The notes below the pieces were generated by a model. The model was not told where the DNA came from, ran no database searches, and saw only the letters and a list, made by a program, of their open reading frames with translations. The position numbers were made by a program, and so were the translations under genes. DNA of 46,057 bases, from NCBI GenBank assembly GCA_003670915.1, contig QWQH01000090.1, positions 1-46,057 on the forward strand, given 5' to 3'. Source of the DNA: Planctomycetota bacterium (GTDB lineage Bacteria; Planctomycetota; Planctomycetia; Pirellulales; UBA1268). Positions 38,278 to 46,057 of the stretch are shown in pieces; position 1 is the first letter of the stretch; every line of letters starts with the position of its first letter.

Positions 38278-39438
38278 ATGACAGACGCACACAACGCACG
38301 AGAAGCAGGAAAGAATCGCATGACACGCTTGGTTTCGCTCGGAGTGATTCTGGGCTTAGTGGCCGTCTTTGGACTGCTGTCACTGCGAGTGATGTCGGGC
38401 TTTCTGCTGCCGCTGCTCTTGGCGGCGATGCTTGTGGTGATTTTCGGTCCCCTGCATCGCTGGTTACGGGATCGGCTGCAGTCTCCCGAGTGGGTGGCCG
38501 CAGGGCTGACCACGCTCTTTGTGCTTGTGCTTGTGCTTGTCCCTCTTTTTTTACTCGTGGCGCGTGCCGGTGGTGATGCCGTGGGGATTCTCCGCAGCCC
38601 CAACGGACTCAAGCTAGACCCCAATGTGCTCGATGGTCTTGTCGTGACGGTGAACGATGCAACGGGCCTCCATCTCACCGCCGAAGCAGTGAACGCTGAA
38701 GTACGAAAAGTAGCGGAGGAGTGGATTGGCCCAATTGCTGCCGGCACGCCCGTCGTGATTGTGAAGCTGATCATCGGTCTGATTGTGATGACCGTGAGCC
38801 TGTTTTATTTTTTGGCCGACGGGAGACGCATGTTCGCTGCGGTGACGCGGCTGATTCCGCTGGATGTCCGCTACCAGTGGCAGTTACTGGATGAGTTTGA
38901 GGAGGTGAGCCGAGCGGTAGTGAGTTCGACGTTGCTGGCAGCCATCGTGCAGGCTGTACTGGCGGGCTTCGGCTTCTATATCGCAGGTTTACAAGGGGTG
39001 TTTTTGTTGACATTGCTCACATTCTTCGGGGCCTTGGTGCCATTCGTTGGAGCGGCGGCTGTGTGGGGTATCGCCAGCCTCTATTTACTCTTCTTTGTGA
39101 AGAGCACATGGGCAGCAGCCAGCCTTGCATTGTGGGGGCTGTGCGTGGTGTCGACCGTGGACAACATTATCAAGCCGATCGTTCTTCACGGGCAGTCCAA
39201 ATTACACCCACTCTTGGCACTTTTAAGCGTGCTGGGGGGTGTTGGCGCGTTGGGGCCGATCGGTATTTTTGTTGGCCCGATTGCCGTGGCATTCCTGCAA
39301 GCTGCCCTGACGATGTTGCAGGCTGAGCTTGGAACCATGTCGGGCGGGGTTGCGACGGCAGGCCAGAGCGGCCCTCCGGAGCCTCATTCTGCATTGGCAG
39401 TTGCACAAACTACCTCGGAGAGAGTGAAATCGTCCTGA
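38278..39438 (+). CDS. AI-2E (PerM/TqsA) family transporter
   Basis: Multiple TM segments; VPFVGA, VDNIIKP, LHPLLALLSVLGG, GIFVGP. Confidence 0.92.
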   Translation: MTDAHNAREAGKNRMTRLVSLGVILGLVAVFGLLSLRVMSGFLLPLLLAAMLVVIFGPLHRWLRDRLQSPEWVAAGLTTLFVLVLVLVPLFLLVARAGGDAVGILRSPNGLKLDPNVLDGLVVTVNDATGLHLTAEAVNAEVRKVAEEWIGPIAAGTPVVIVKLIIGLIVMTVSLFYFLADGRRMFAAVTRLIPLDVRYQWQLLDEFEEVSRAVVSSTLLAAIVQAVLAGFGFYIAGLQGVFLLTLLTFFGALVPFVGAAAVWGIASLYLLFFVKSTWAAASLALWGLCVVSTVDNIIKPIVLHGQSKLHPLLALLSVLGGVGALGPIGIFVGPIAVAFLQAALTMLQAELGTMSGGVATAGQSGPPEPHSALAVAQTTSERVKSS

Positions 39439-39443
39439 GGATC

Positions 39444-39935
39444 ATGTCTTTTTTGGAGAAGTATTTCATGTTGCTACAGATGGCCTTGACGGTGGCGGGC
39501 CTCTTGATCATCGGGATTGAGGCGGCCTATGTGCCAACAGAGGGCGGGGGTGGCGACTACCTTGTTCGAGTCGAGCCCGATCTCATTCACGATGCATCAC
39601 CCTACACGTTCACCAGCGATGTGCCTGCGGATGCGCGGGATGTGCGTCGCGTGAAGATCTATGTTGGCGATGCATGGCCGCCTGCGGTCGAGCGATCTGT
39701 GATCGAGGCCGGCAAGCGGCCTCGCGTTGCACCTGTCGTGGGCTTGGCATCTCGCGTGACTGAGATAGATGCAAAGACGATTGGAACCGAACGGCCGTGG
39801 AGTTGGCTCATCGGCAGCTTGGTGGCACTTTTTCTATCCCTTGGTGCCAACGCGTACCTCGGCATGCTCCTGGGCGCGATGCGGCAACGATATCTGCGAG
39901 CTATGCACGAGGGGCAGGCTTCCCTTTCGGCGTGA
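39444..39935 (+). CDS. Hypothetical membrane protein
   Basis: N-terminal signal-like hydrophobic stretch; C-terminal TM WLIGSLVALFLSLGANAYLG; 5 bp after the AI-2E stop. Confidence 0.65.
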   Translation: MSFLEKYFMLLQMALTVAGLLIIGIEAAYVPTEGGGGDYLVRVEPDLIHDASPYTFTSDVPADARDVRRVKIYVGDAWPPAVERSVIEAGKRPRVAPVVGLASRVTEIDAKTIGTERPWSWLIGSLVALFLSLGANAYLGMLLGAMRQRYLRAMHEGQASLSA

Positions 39936-39976
39936 CCACGGCAGGGGGCTTGTGCACCGGACTCCATCGCGCCTCG

Positions 39977-42900
39977 CTATTCGCTTTTGCGTCGGCGATG
40001 CGTTGTACGGGACGCAGGCTGAGCCTCGGGCGCGTGGCTGAAAAAAAAGTCTTCCGCAGCCCATGAACCCGTCGAACTCTTCGCCACGGGCGGCATCGAC
40101 TCGACGGTCGCAGTCTGTGCAATGCGCGTTTGCTTTTTAGAAATCTTCTTAGAAGGTTGCCCGATAAGTTGCCCTGGCGCAGCTACACCGGTGATTGCAG
40201 TCCGAGGAAGCCAGGTCGCGTCTGGCTCACTCAGCGATCGAACGTGGGCCCCAGCATCGCGGAAGATTGTTGCGACATGCGAATGGCAAGTGAGCACAAG
40301 TATTTGTCGCTCACGAGGCTGGTCGGCTGCAAATTCCACCAACACCCGGGCTGCGGCCAAGGCTCTCTTATCGTCGAAGTTCACCAGTGCGTCGTCAATG
40401 ACGACAGGCAGATGTACGCCGTGCCGCTCCAGATCTCGCACCAATGCCAACCGCAACGCTAGAAAAACCTGCTCGCGGGTGCCGCGGCTGAGGCGATCAG
40501 GGCTCCATACCTTGTTGTCGGAGTCGTGGACTTCAAGATGAGCCTCGTGGATAGATGTGGTAATTGAAGTATAGCGGCCCTCGGTGAGCCGCACGAGCCA
40601 CCGCGAGGCTTCTCGAAGCACAGCCGGTTGGTGGTCGCGGGCAACAGTGGCCCGCGTTTCCTCAAGCAGCGTGCGTGCGGTTTCCAACAGGTGACGTCGA
40701 TGGCACTGAGCGTCGAGTGAATGCTCGATGGCGGCGATCTCGACCTGCACACCTTCCGTCGAATGGTCTCGCGAAGCAGCATCAACCCGAGCGGCTGCCG
40801 ACTGGCGGCGATCTTTCGCTCTGGCAATCGCCTGAGTCGCCTCGACGGTTGAAAGATGGGCTTCGGCCAACCGCTGCTCAAGCGAGGTGGTTTTTATTTC
40901 GCTCATCCAACGGTCGAGTTCTGATAGGTCGGACACGCTTCGGCGAGCCTCCAGCCATGCACTTTCGGCGGCCTGTGCTGCGCGACGGGCCTCGTCAATG
41001 AGCGGGCGACGGTCGACAAGCGAGAGGAAATCCTCTTCATTGTCGACGCCCCACCGCACAACGATCTCGTGGACTCTCCGTTCGGCGAGTTTTTCGCGAT
41101 GGACCGCCACGCGATGCCGCTGGCGAGCCCGCACCAGCTTTCGCGTCAGGAGACCACGCCGGCGATGACCCGTTAATTCTAAATCCAAGCGTTCTCGCAA
41201 CTGCTGCAGGTGCTCCAGCGGCGTTGACTCGGGCACCATCTCGCACTCCACCATGAGCTGTTCGATGCGGTGTCCAAGCGAGGTAAGCTCACCGCTGCGA
41301 GCCCTCGCCTCCTCGGAGGCATTCCGTCGATCAAGGTCGAGACGGATCAGCGAGTGGCGGTGGTGAGCAATCTGCCGAACGTCATTGGGGGAGAGTGTGG
41401 CGGGCAAGCCTCGTTGCTCGAGCCCTTTATGCCAGCGACTGCGGGCCACTGAACGGCGGCCCATGGCTTTGGCCAGCGTTTGCTCGGCAGTGGTTACGTT
41501 GTCAGTCAGTAAGTGAAGCGAGCCTTCCCGTGCGGCCATCTCCTCGAGGCGAGCCACTTCGGCACCAGCAGCGATTGCTCGCCGTTCGAGCGAAGCTGTT
41601 GCCTCGACGGGCAGGCGCTCGACCCCAACGCCTGTGCGGTCTAGGAGCGTGCGTTCAGGATCGTTGTGATCGCCGGCAATTCTTTTGTCGAGCAGCCGAC
41701 ATTGCGAGAGCAATTCACCTCGCTGCCTCTGCACCATGTCGTATTGCTGTCGGCTGGCTTCGAGTCGGCCGGTGGCAGTGCGATCCAGCGACCAGGTGGC
41801 TACCGATGCCAAGCCCGTCCCCGCCAGTCCGAGCGCTGCCATCGCATACGCCAGCGAACCCGTGACTGAAGCCGGCAGAAGAAGTCCCGAGAGAAGCATG
41901 CCTGCACCGATCACAAACAGAGCGCCGAGAGCGAGCAGCCACTCAAACGGGATGAGCTGACCTTCTCGCTGTAGCGAGACGTCTTTCTGGAGTCGGGTGA
42001 GTGAGCGGTCGAGGTCCAGCAGTTGTTCGTTAGCGGAGAGCCGATTCCGGAAGAGCAAGGCGAGGCCGCTGGCTTCCTCAATTGCCGCAGCGATTGTCAT
42101 GCCAGGTCGATGGGCTGGCGATCCCGCGGCAAAACCGCTGATCGCGTTGCGAGTGTCGTTGAGAATGCCCTTGATTGCCGCTCCTGCGTGGCGAGCCTCC
42201 TGCACGTCTCGATTGGCTGCGGCCAGTTCTCGGGCACGTTCCTTGAGTGGCGCAAATGAGCGAGTGAACCCCGTGGGCAGAAGCATTTCACCGAGCCTGT
42301 CGATCGAGTGCTCACTCGGATGACTGGCTGCGACGAGCCTCGCCACGCCGGCGGCACCAAGTTGCTCGCCGAAGCGGCGTGCTGCAAGGCGAGAAGCCGA
42401 TTCAGCGCGGCCAGCATCCGAGGCCAATCGTTCCAATCGAGGTTGCTCGTCGCACAACGCCGTTACCGCGACGCGTTTTTTCCAGATGAGTGCATCGGCT
42501 GGTATCGCGGCAAGCAGACGGGCTAGACGGCGACGCTCTCGCTTCTGCTTTCGGGAAACACGCGCCAGCCGATCGCGCTGCTTGCCGGCCAAGAACCACG
42601 TGTCAAGGTCGGCGTGCATCGGAGGTGTGGCCTCGAGGGCCGACAGCTTTTCGGCGACACGCCGCTGCTCGTGGAAGAGCAACTCCAGCGGGAGGGCTTT
42701 CCGGATTGACTGCTCGACGGACTGGGCGCGATGCAGGATGGCTTCAAGTTCGACAATGCCGGTATCGATCTCCGCCAGTTCTGTGCCCAAGCTCCCTGCG
42801 GCAATTGCCGGTGCATTCATGGCAGCGAGCCTTGCGAGTGCTGCGCTGCGGCGTTGGCGCAGGGATTCAATCGGTGATACTTCTGGATCCGAGGAGTTCA

Positions 42901-43471
42901 GACGCTCAACCGCTTCGCGCAGATTCGCGAGCACTCGTGCCACTTGCGAGCGATCGAGGCCGCTGGCCAGTTCGTAGAGACGACTCCCGCATCCCTCGGA
43001 ATCAAGCGTTTGCAGTTCGTGCAGTTCGTCGAGGCCGAAGGCCATGACTGCGGTGAATGTGCTCTCGTCAATTTCACCCATAAAATCTTGCAGGAAGAGC
43101 GTGGTGTTTGTGCGGCCATCTGTTTCAACGACCGTAAGATGGTCGGCAACAGGCACCTCCTGCTGGGATTCATACGTGGCGCGAGTGAGTCGATCTAAGT
43201 GAGGGCCTTCGTGACGGCGATCAATAGAAATCCTGCGTCCATCGACACCCGCGCGGGCCACGAGCGTGCCGCCCCACGGGAGGTGCGGGTCAAGAACCCC
43301 ACGGCGAAACAAACCACCAAATCCAAAGAACACGGCTCGAACGAACTCCAGCAGCGAGGTCTTGCCAGTTTCGTTTGTGCCGTGGAGAACCTGCACGCCG
43401 GTCTGGAGTGCATCGATGGTGACATTGGCTAGCGCCCCAAATCGATCGATTTGAATCCGTTCGATGATCAT
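39977..43471 (-). CDS. YhaN/SbcE-like (Rad50/SMC-type, AAA_27) ATPase with a central transmembrane hairpin
   Basis: IDRFG, Walker A GTNETGKT, coiled coils, signature LSRGTREQ, Walker B VVIDDALVNFD, LTCH; hydrophobic hairpin at about 41785-41940. Confidence 0.88.
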   Translation of the reverse strand: MIIERIQIDRFGALANVTIDALQTGVQVLHGTNETGKTSLLEFVRAVFFGFGGLFRRGVLDPHLPWGGTLVARAGVDGRRISIDRRHEGPHLDRLTRATYESQQEVPVADHLTVVETDGRTNTTLFLQDFMGEIDESTFTAVMAFGLDELHELQTLDSEGCGSRLYELASGLDRSQVARVLANLREAVERLNSSDPEVSPIESLRQRRSAALARLAAMNAPAIAAGSLGTELAEIDTGIVELEAILHRAQSVEQSIRKALPLELLFHEQRRVAEKLSALEATPPMHADLDTWFLAGKQRDRLARVSRKQKRERRRLARLLAAIPADALIWKKRVAVTALCDEQPRLERLASDAGRAESASRLAARRFGEQLGAAGVARLVAASHPSEHSIDRLGEMLLPTGFTRSFAPLKERARELAAANRDVQEARHAGAAIKGILNDTRNAISGFAAGSPAHRPGMTIAAAIEEASGLALLFRNRLSANEQLLDLDRSLTRLQKDVSLQREGQLIPFEWLLALGALFVIGAGMLLSGLLLPASVTGSLAYAMAALGLAGTGLASVATWSLDRTATGRLEASRQQYDMVQRQRGELLSQCRLLDKRIAGDHNDPERTLLDRTGVGVERLPVEATASLERRAIAAGAEVARLEEMAAREGSLHLLTDNVTTAEQTLAKAMGRRSVARSRWHKGLEQRGLPATLSPNDVRQIAHHRHSLIRLDLDRRNASEEARARSGELTSLGHRIEQLMVECEMVPESTPLEHLQQLRERLDLELTGHRRRGLLTRKLVRARQRHRVAVHREKLAERRVHEIVVRWGVDNEEDFLSLVDRRPLIDEARRAAQAAESAWLEARRSVSDLSELDRWMSEIKTTSLEQRLAEAHLSTVEATQAIARAKDRRQSAAARVDAASRDHSTEGVQVEIAAIEHSLDAQCHRRHLLETARTLLEETRATVARDHQPAVLREASRWLVRLTEGRYTSITTSIHEAHLEVHDSDNKVWSPDRLSRGTREQVFLALRLALVRDLERHGVHLPVVIDDALVNFDDKRALAAARVLVEFAADQPRERQILVLTCHSHVATIFRDAGAHVRSLSEPDATWLPRTAITGVAAPGQLIGQPSKKISKKQTRIAQTATVESMPPVAKSSTGSWAAEDFFFSHAPEAQPASRTTHRRRKSE

Positions 43472-43577
43472 GGAAAAGGTCTCTGCGGCTCGTGAAGAGG
43501 TCTGAAAAAGTGCAAAAGAAGCGACGGGTTTTTTTCAAGGCAGTGGGGTGCGAAACTGGGCCATAAAACAGTGTCAA

Positions 43578-44819
43578 TCAGCTGGATGCAAGCAGTTCTA
43601 GCGCGATCCAACCGGCCTCGCGAGCTCCCGGATGAACGGCCGTTTTCTCCATTTCAAGGACGATCTCGGCGAGTCCTGAGGCAAAGGAGGCTGCGCCGCC
43701 AGCGTTGCTAGCCGAGGCGTTGCGCACCAGCGTGGCTGGCGACTCGGTCCGATCGGCTTCGAGTTCCTGGCACCACGCTCGGAATGTACGCGGGTCGTAG
43801 AGCGCACGCACCCGTTCCACGGTTTCGACCGAGAGTTCGCCTATATGAACGCGTCGGTTGATGCTGCCGCCACAGTCGATTGCGCATCGCACGATTTGGA
43901 GCGGGGCATCTGCGTCAAGCGACATTCCCTCAAGCGCGCTCCAGATCAAGGCGGCAAGCTCCTCTTCGTCTCCGATAAGAGAGGTGATTGTGAGTGTGCG
44001 CCACGCCACACGGTGGGTTGGCACCTCTCGCCAATCGGTTCGCGGATCGGCTGCAACATGTGGGGCACTCGAGAGGGTTGGCGAACGAGTGGGCAGATTG
44101 GTGAGCGTCGCCACAGCACACAGCCCGGCAGATGCTTCGCGGCCGCTGCGAGCTTGGAGGGCTGAAAGCTGGTGCATGCCAGGAGGCGTTGCCTGAAGAC
44201 TGCGCGAGCCCCAGACAAAAAAGGTACCGTGGGATGATCGGCCATCCGCAGGCAGCGGCGCGTGCAGGCCGTGTGATACTGCCGGCTCCCCATGAAGCGA
44301 GCCCCATGCATCGTCCCATCCGATCACGATGCGACGTTGCGCTGGCAAGAGCGAGGAGTGCGCCGAGGCGAACGACTGAGGCATGCGACCGAAGCCCGTC
44401 GTGGCATAGGCGGGCCCACGCGTGGAGCAAATCTCCACAGACAGCCCTCGCATGTCCAGGCGCAACGGTGACACGGGCGTCACAAAAGAAAGACCCTCAG
44501 GTTCGGCCAGTGCACGCGACACGTTGGCGCAGTCGGCACTCTCATCAGCAACCCAGACCGTGCGGCACCCATCAGCAGCGAGGCTCGTAATCATCGTGCG
44601 CAGGGCCGCGACCTGTGCGGGACTCGATCGGATCGGGTCGAGCGTGTTCCCGAAAAGCACCAAGCCTGCGGCCCGCGTCTGCCGGGCGGTGGAGGCCGCT
44701 GCCTGCAATGCTTCAAAAGGAGCCAGTGCGATGGCATCGGCTACGGGCGAGGGCGCCGCCTCGGGTACGGGAATCGGTCGATCGAGGGCGGCATCAAAGG
44801 CAAAAACGAGGTCGGCCAC
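43578..44819 (-). CDS. YhaO/SbcD/Mre11-like metallophosphoesterase-fold protein with degenerate catalytic motifs
   Basis: Motif spacing retained (LVFAFDAALDRP...APFEAL...GLVLFGNTLDP...VWVA) but metal ligands substituted; lies immediately upstream of the YhaN-like gene. Confidence 0.62.
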   Translation of the reverse strand: MADLVFAFDAALDRPIPVPEAAPSPVADAIALAPFEALQAAASTARQTRAAGLVLFGNTLDPIRSSPAQVAALRTMITSLAADGCRTVWVADESADCANVSRALAEPEGLSFVTPVSPLRLDMRGLSVEICSTRGPAYATTGFGRMPQSFASAHSSLLPAQRRIVIGWDDAWGSLHGEPAVSHGLHAPLPADGRSSHGTFFVWGSRSLQATPPGMHQLSALQARSGREASAGLCAVATLTNLPTRSPTLSSAPHVAADPRTDWREVPTHRVAWRTLTITSLIGDEEELAALIWSALEGMSLDADAPLQIVRCAIDCGGSINRRVHIGELSVETVERVRALYDPRTFRAWCQELEADRTESPATLVRNASASNAGGAASFASGLAEIVLEMEKTAVHPGAREAGWIALELLASS

Positions 44820-45018
44820 GGCGAATGCCTTTCCTGTGGGTCGAGGAAAATATTTTTCACATCACCTCATGCCAGGCGATGCGACGAGAATGCGGGAAAG
44901 ATGGGGGCAATGTAACGTCCGTTGGTGGATCGCTCCAACGCCAAAACGTGCGAGAAAAAGACGCTCCGGTCGATGGTGCCGCCGCGTGTGGCTCCGCCGA
45001 TTGAGCGGCCGTACGTGT

Positions 45019-45756
45019 TTAGCTCGTGAGGGGCGGGGTTGAGGCCCCAAAATCCAGCGCGACCGATGTGGCCCATGCCAGGTCGTTTGTTGCTGGACCG
45101 ATGGCCGCGAGCACTCGGCTGCGGAGGAGAACGCCCTTTTCGACGGTGCTCGAAAAGAGCCAGCATCCGATAGCAACCCGTCCTCTCCGGTGAGTGATCT
45201 CGATGCGTCGCAGGTCGGTTGGATGCACGGCCACAAGGCAGCTGGTGCCGGCATCCCGACGCACAAGGATGCAGTTGGCGGTGGGTGAGGCGTGGCCACT
45301 GAGTTGGAAAGACTCCCCGTGCAGTTCTCCCCACGAGATTGTATTGGCAGCAAGGGTTGAGACAACCGCCAGGCTTGAATCACTCTTCAAAGCCGACGTC
45401 TGAGCCGATACGACGACTTCCCACGCCACGACTTCGTGGTGTGGCTCCATCGCACGGCGTTCTGGATGCAGTCGCCACATGGCCGTTGCCCTCAGGCGTT
45501 GGGCATCTTTGGGTTCGTACACTGCCGTGACGTCGCTGCCTCGCGTCCAGTGGTCGCCGAGGCGGCAGTCCGCAGGAACGTCGATACCCAGAAGATGGTC
45601 GTGGACGTGGTCATGGCGCAGCAGCAGGGCGATGCCTTCTTGTGGGGCGGCGAGGTCGATTGCAGGGGATTCTTGCACAAAATCGCTCTGTCCCTGGCAA
45701 TGCGCACGCTGGTTCACGATCGACCAAGTGTTGGCGGCGGTGGCTTTCGTGGGCAT
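45019..45756 (-). CDS. Conserved-looking hypothetical protein
   Basis: Long ORF with a plausible globular pattern (RGSDVTAVYE, VVVSAQT, VEKGVLLRSR, TPPLTS); no family recognised. Confidence 0.6.
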   Translation of the reverse strand: MPTKATAANTWSIVNQRAHCQGQSDFVQESPAIDLAAPQEGIALLLRHDHVHDHLLGIDVPADCRLGDHWTRGSDVTAVYEPKDAQRLRATAMWRLHPERRAMEPHHEVVAWEVVVSAQTSALKSDSSLAVVSTLAANTISWGELHGESFQLSGHASPTANCILVRRDAGTSCLVAVHPTDLRRIEITHRRGRVAIGCWLFSSTVEKGVLLRSRVLAAIGPATNDLAWATSVALDFGASTPPLTS

Positions 45757-46057
45757 GGAGATAGCCCTGCAACATCCAGGCAGAGAAGAGCACGAAGGAA
45801 AAAGCAAAGGGGTCAAATGAGCGAGGCAGGGAAATTCACTCCCGTACTCTAGCGTCGGTTTTGAATGGTTTCTACGGCGATCGCTCAAAACTGGTTCCAG
45901 AGGCACACCCTGGCGACACGTGAGGCGAGCCGGATTCCAACTCGGCTCAAGCCTCAGGGTTCTAGGAACGAACTGAAGGAGAGGGAGTCAGGAGAATCCT
46001 CGAAGAGATGAAATAGCAACGCACTGAGGCGGTGAGAATGTTGATAGAATCATTCCC

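Noticed and set aside
38521-38540. (GTGCTT)n microsatellite in the AI-2E gene as a phase-variation site
   Set aside because: The hexamer unit keeps the frame and simply encodes VLVLVL in a TM helix
39977-44819. SMC-based antiphage or antiplasmid system (Wadjet or Lamassu)
   Set aside because: No JetA/B/D- or LmuA-like effector recognised; architecture and gene order match the YhaO-YhaN type
1-46057. CRISPR arrays, IS elements, integrases, rRNA
   Set aside because: No regularly spaced repeats, terminal inverted repeats, transposase or recombinase motifs, or rRNA signatures were seen by eye

Overview
A 46-kb, GC-rich chromosomal segment, most likely from a Pirellulales-like planctomycete. This is inferred from the fae/mtdC/mch/orfY/orf5/orf7 methanopterin C1 genes, an FlgI-HEAT lipoprotein, an FGE-sulfatase-type remnant and an HTH_17-receiver protein. 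Most of it is housekeeping: recR (partial), rpoN, nrdR, moaC, smc, rimI, rsgA-hflX, RNase P RNA and protein, ppk1, cbpA-like dnaJ, yidD, fabI, tRNA-Lys(CTT) and a RluA-family synthase. Interleaved are a split tetrahydromethanopterin/methylofuran formaldehyde-oxidation module and an accessory-looking block after the tRNA (FGE pseudogene, Rrf2 plus DUF3365 cytochrome c, GT4-GH130 pair). No CRISPR array, transposase or integrase was seen. The most notable observations: (i) a membrane-anchored Rad50/YhaN-like ATPase paired with an Mre11/YhaO-like partner that has lost its metal-binding motifs; (ii) a densely structured ~300-nt leader upstream of the orphan HTH-receiver regulator; (iii) a readable Rrf2 switch with mirror-image promoters and two A(C/G)TGGA-N8-TCCA(C/G)T operators; (iv) a CExxHGH (PTPS-I/III) pterin synthase linked to orf7; (v) a GT2 fused to a GT-C-like membrane domain. 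All family calls come from motif recognition by eye; no searches were run.
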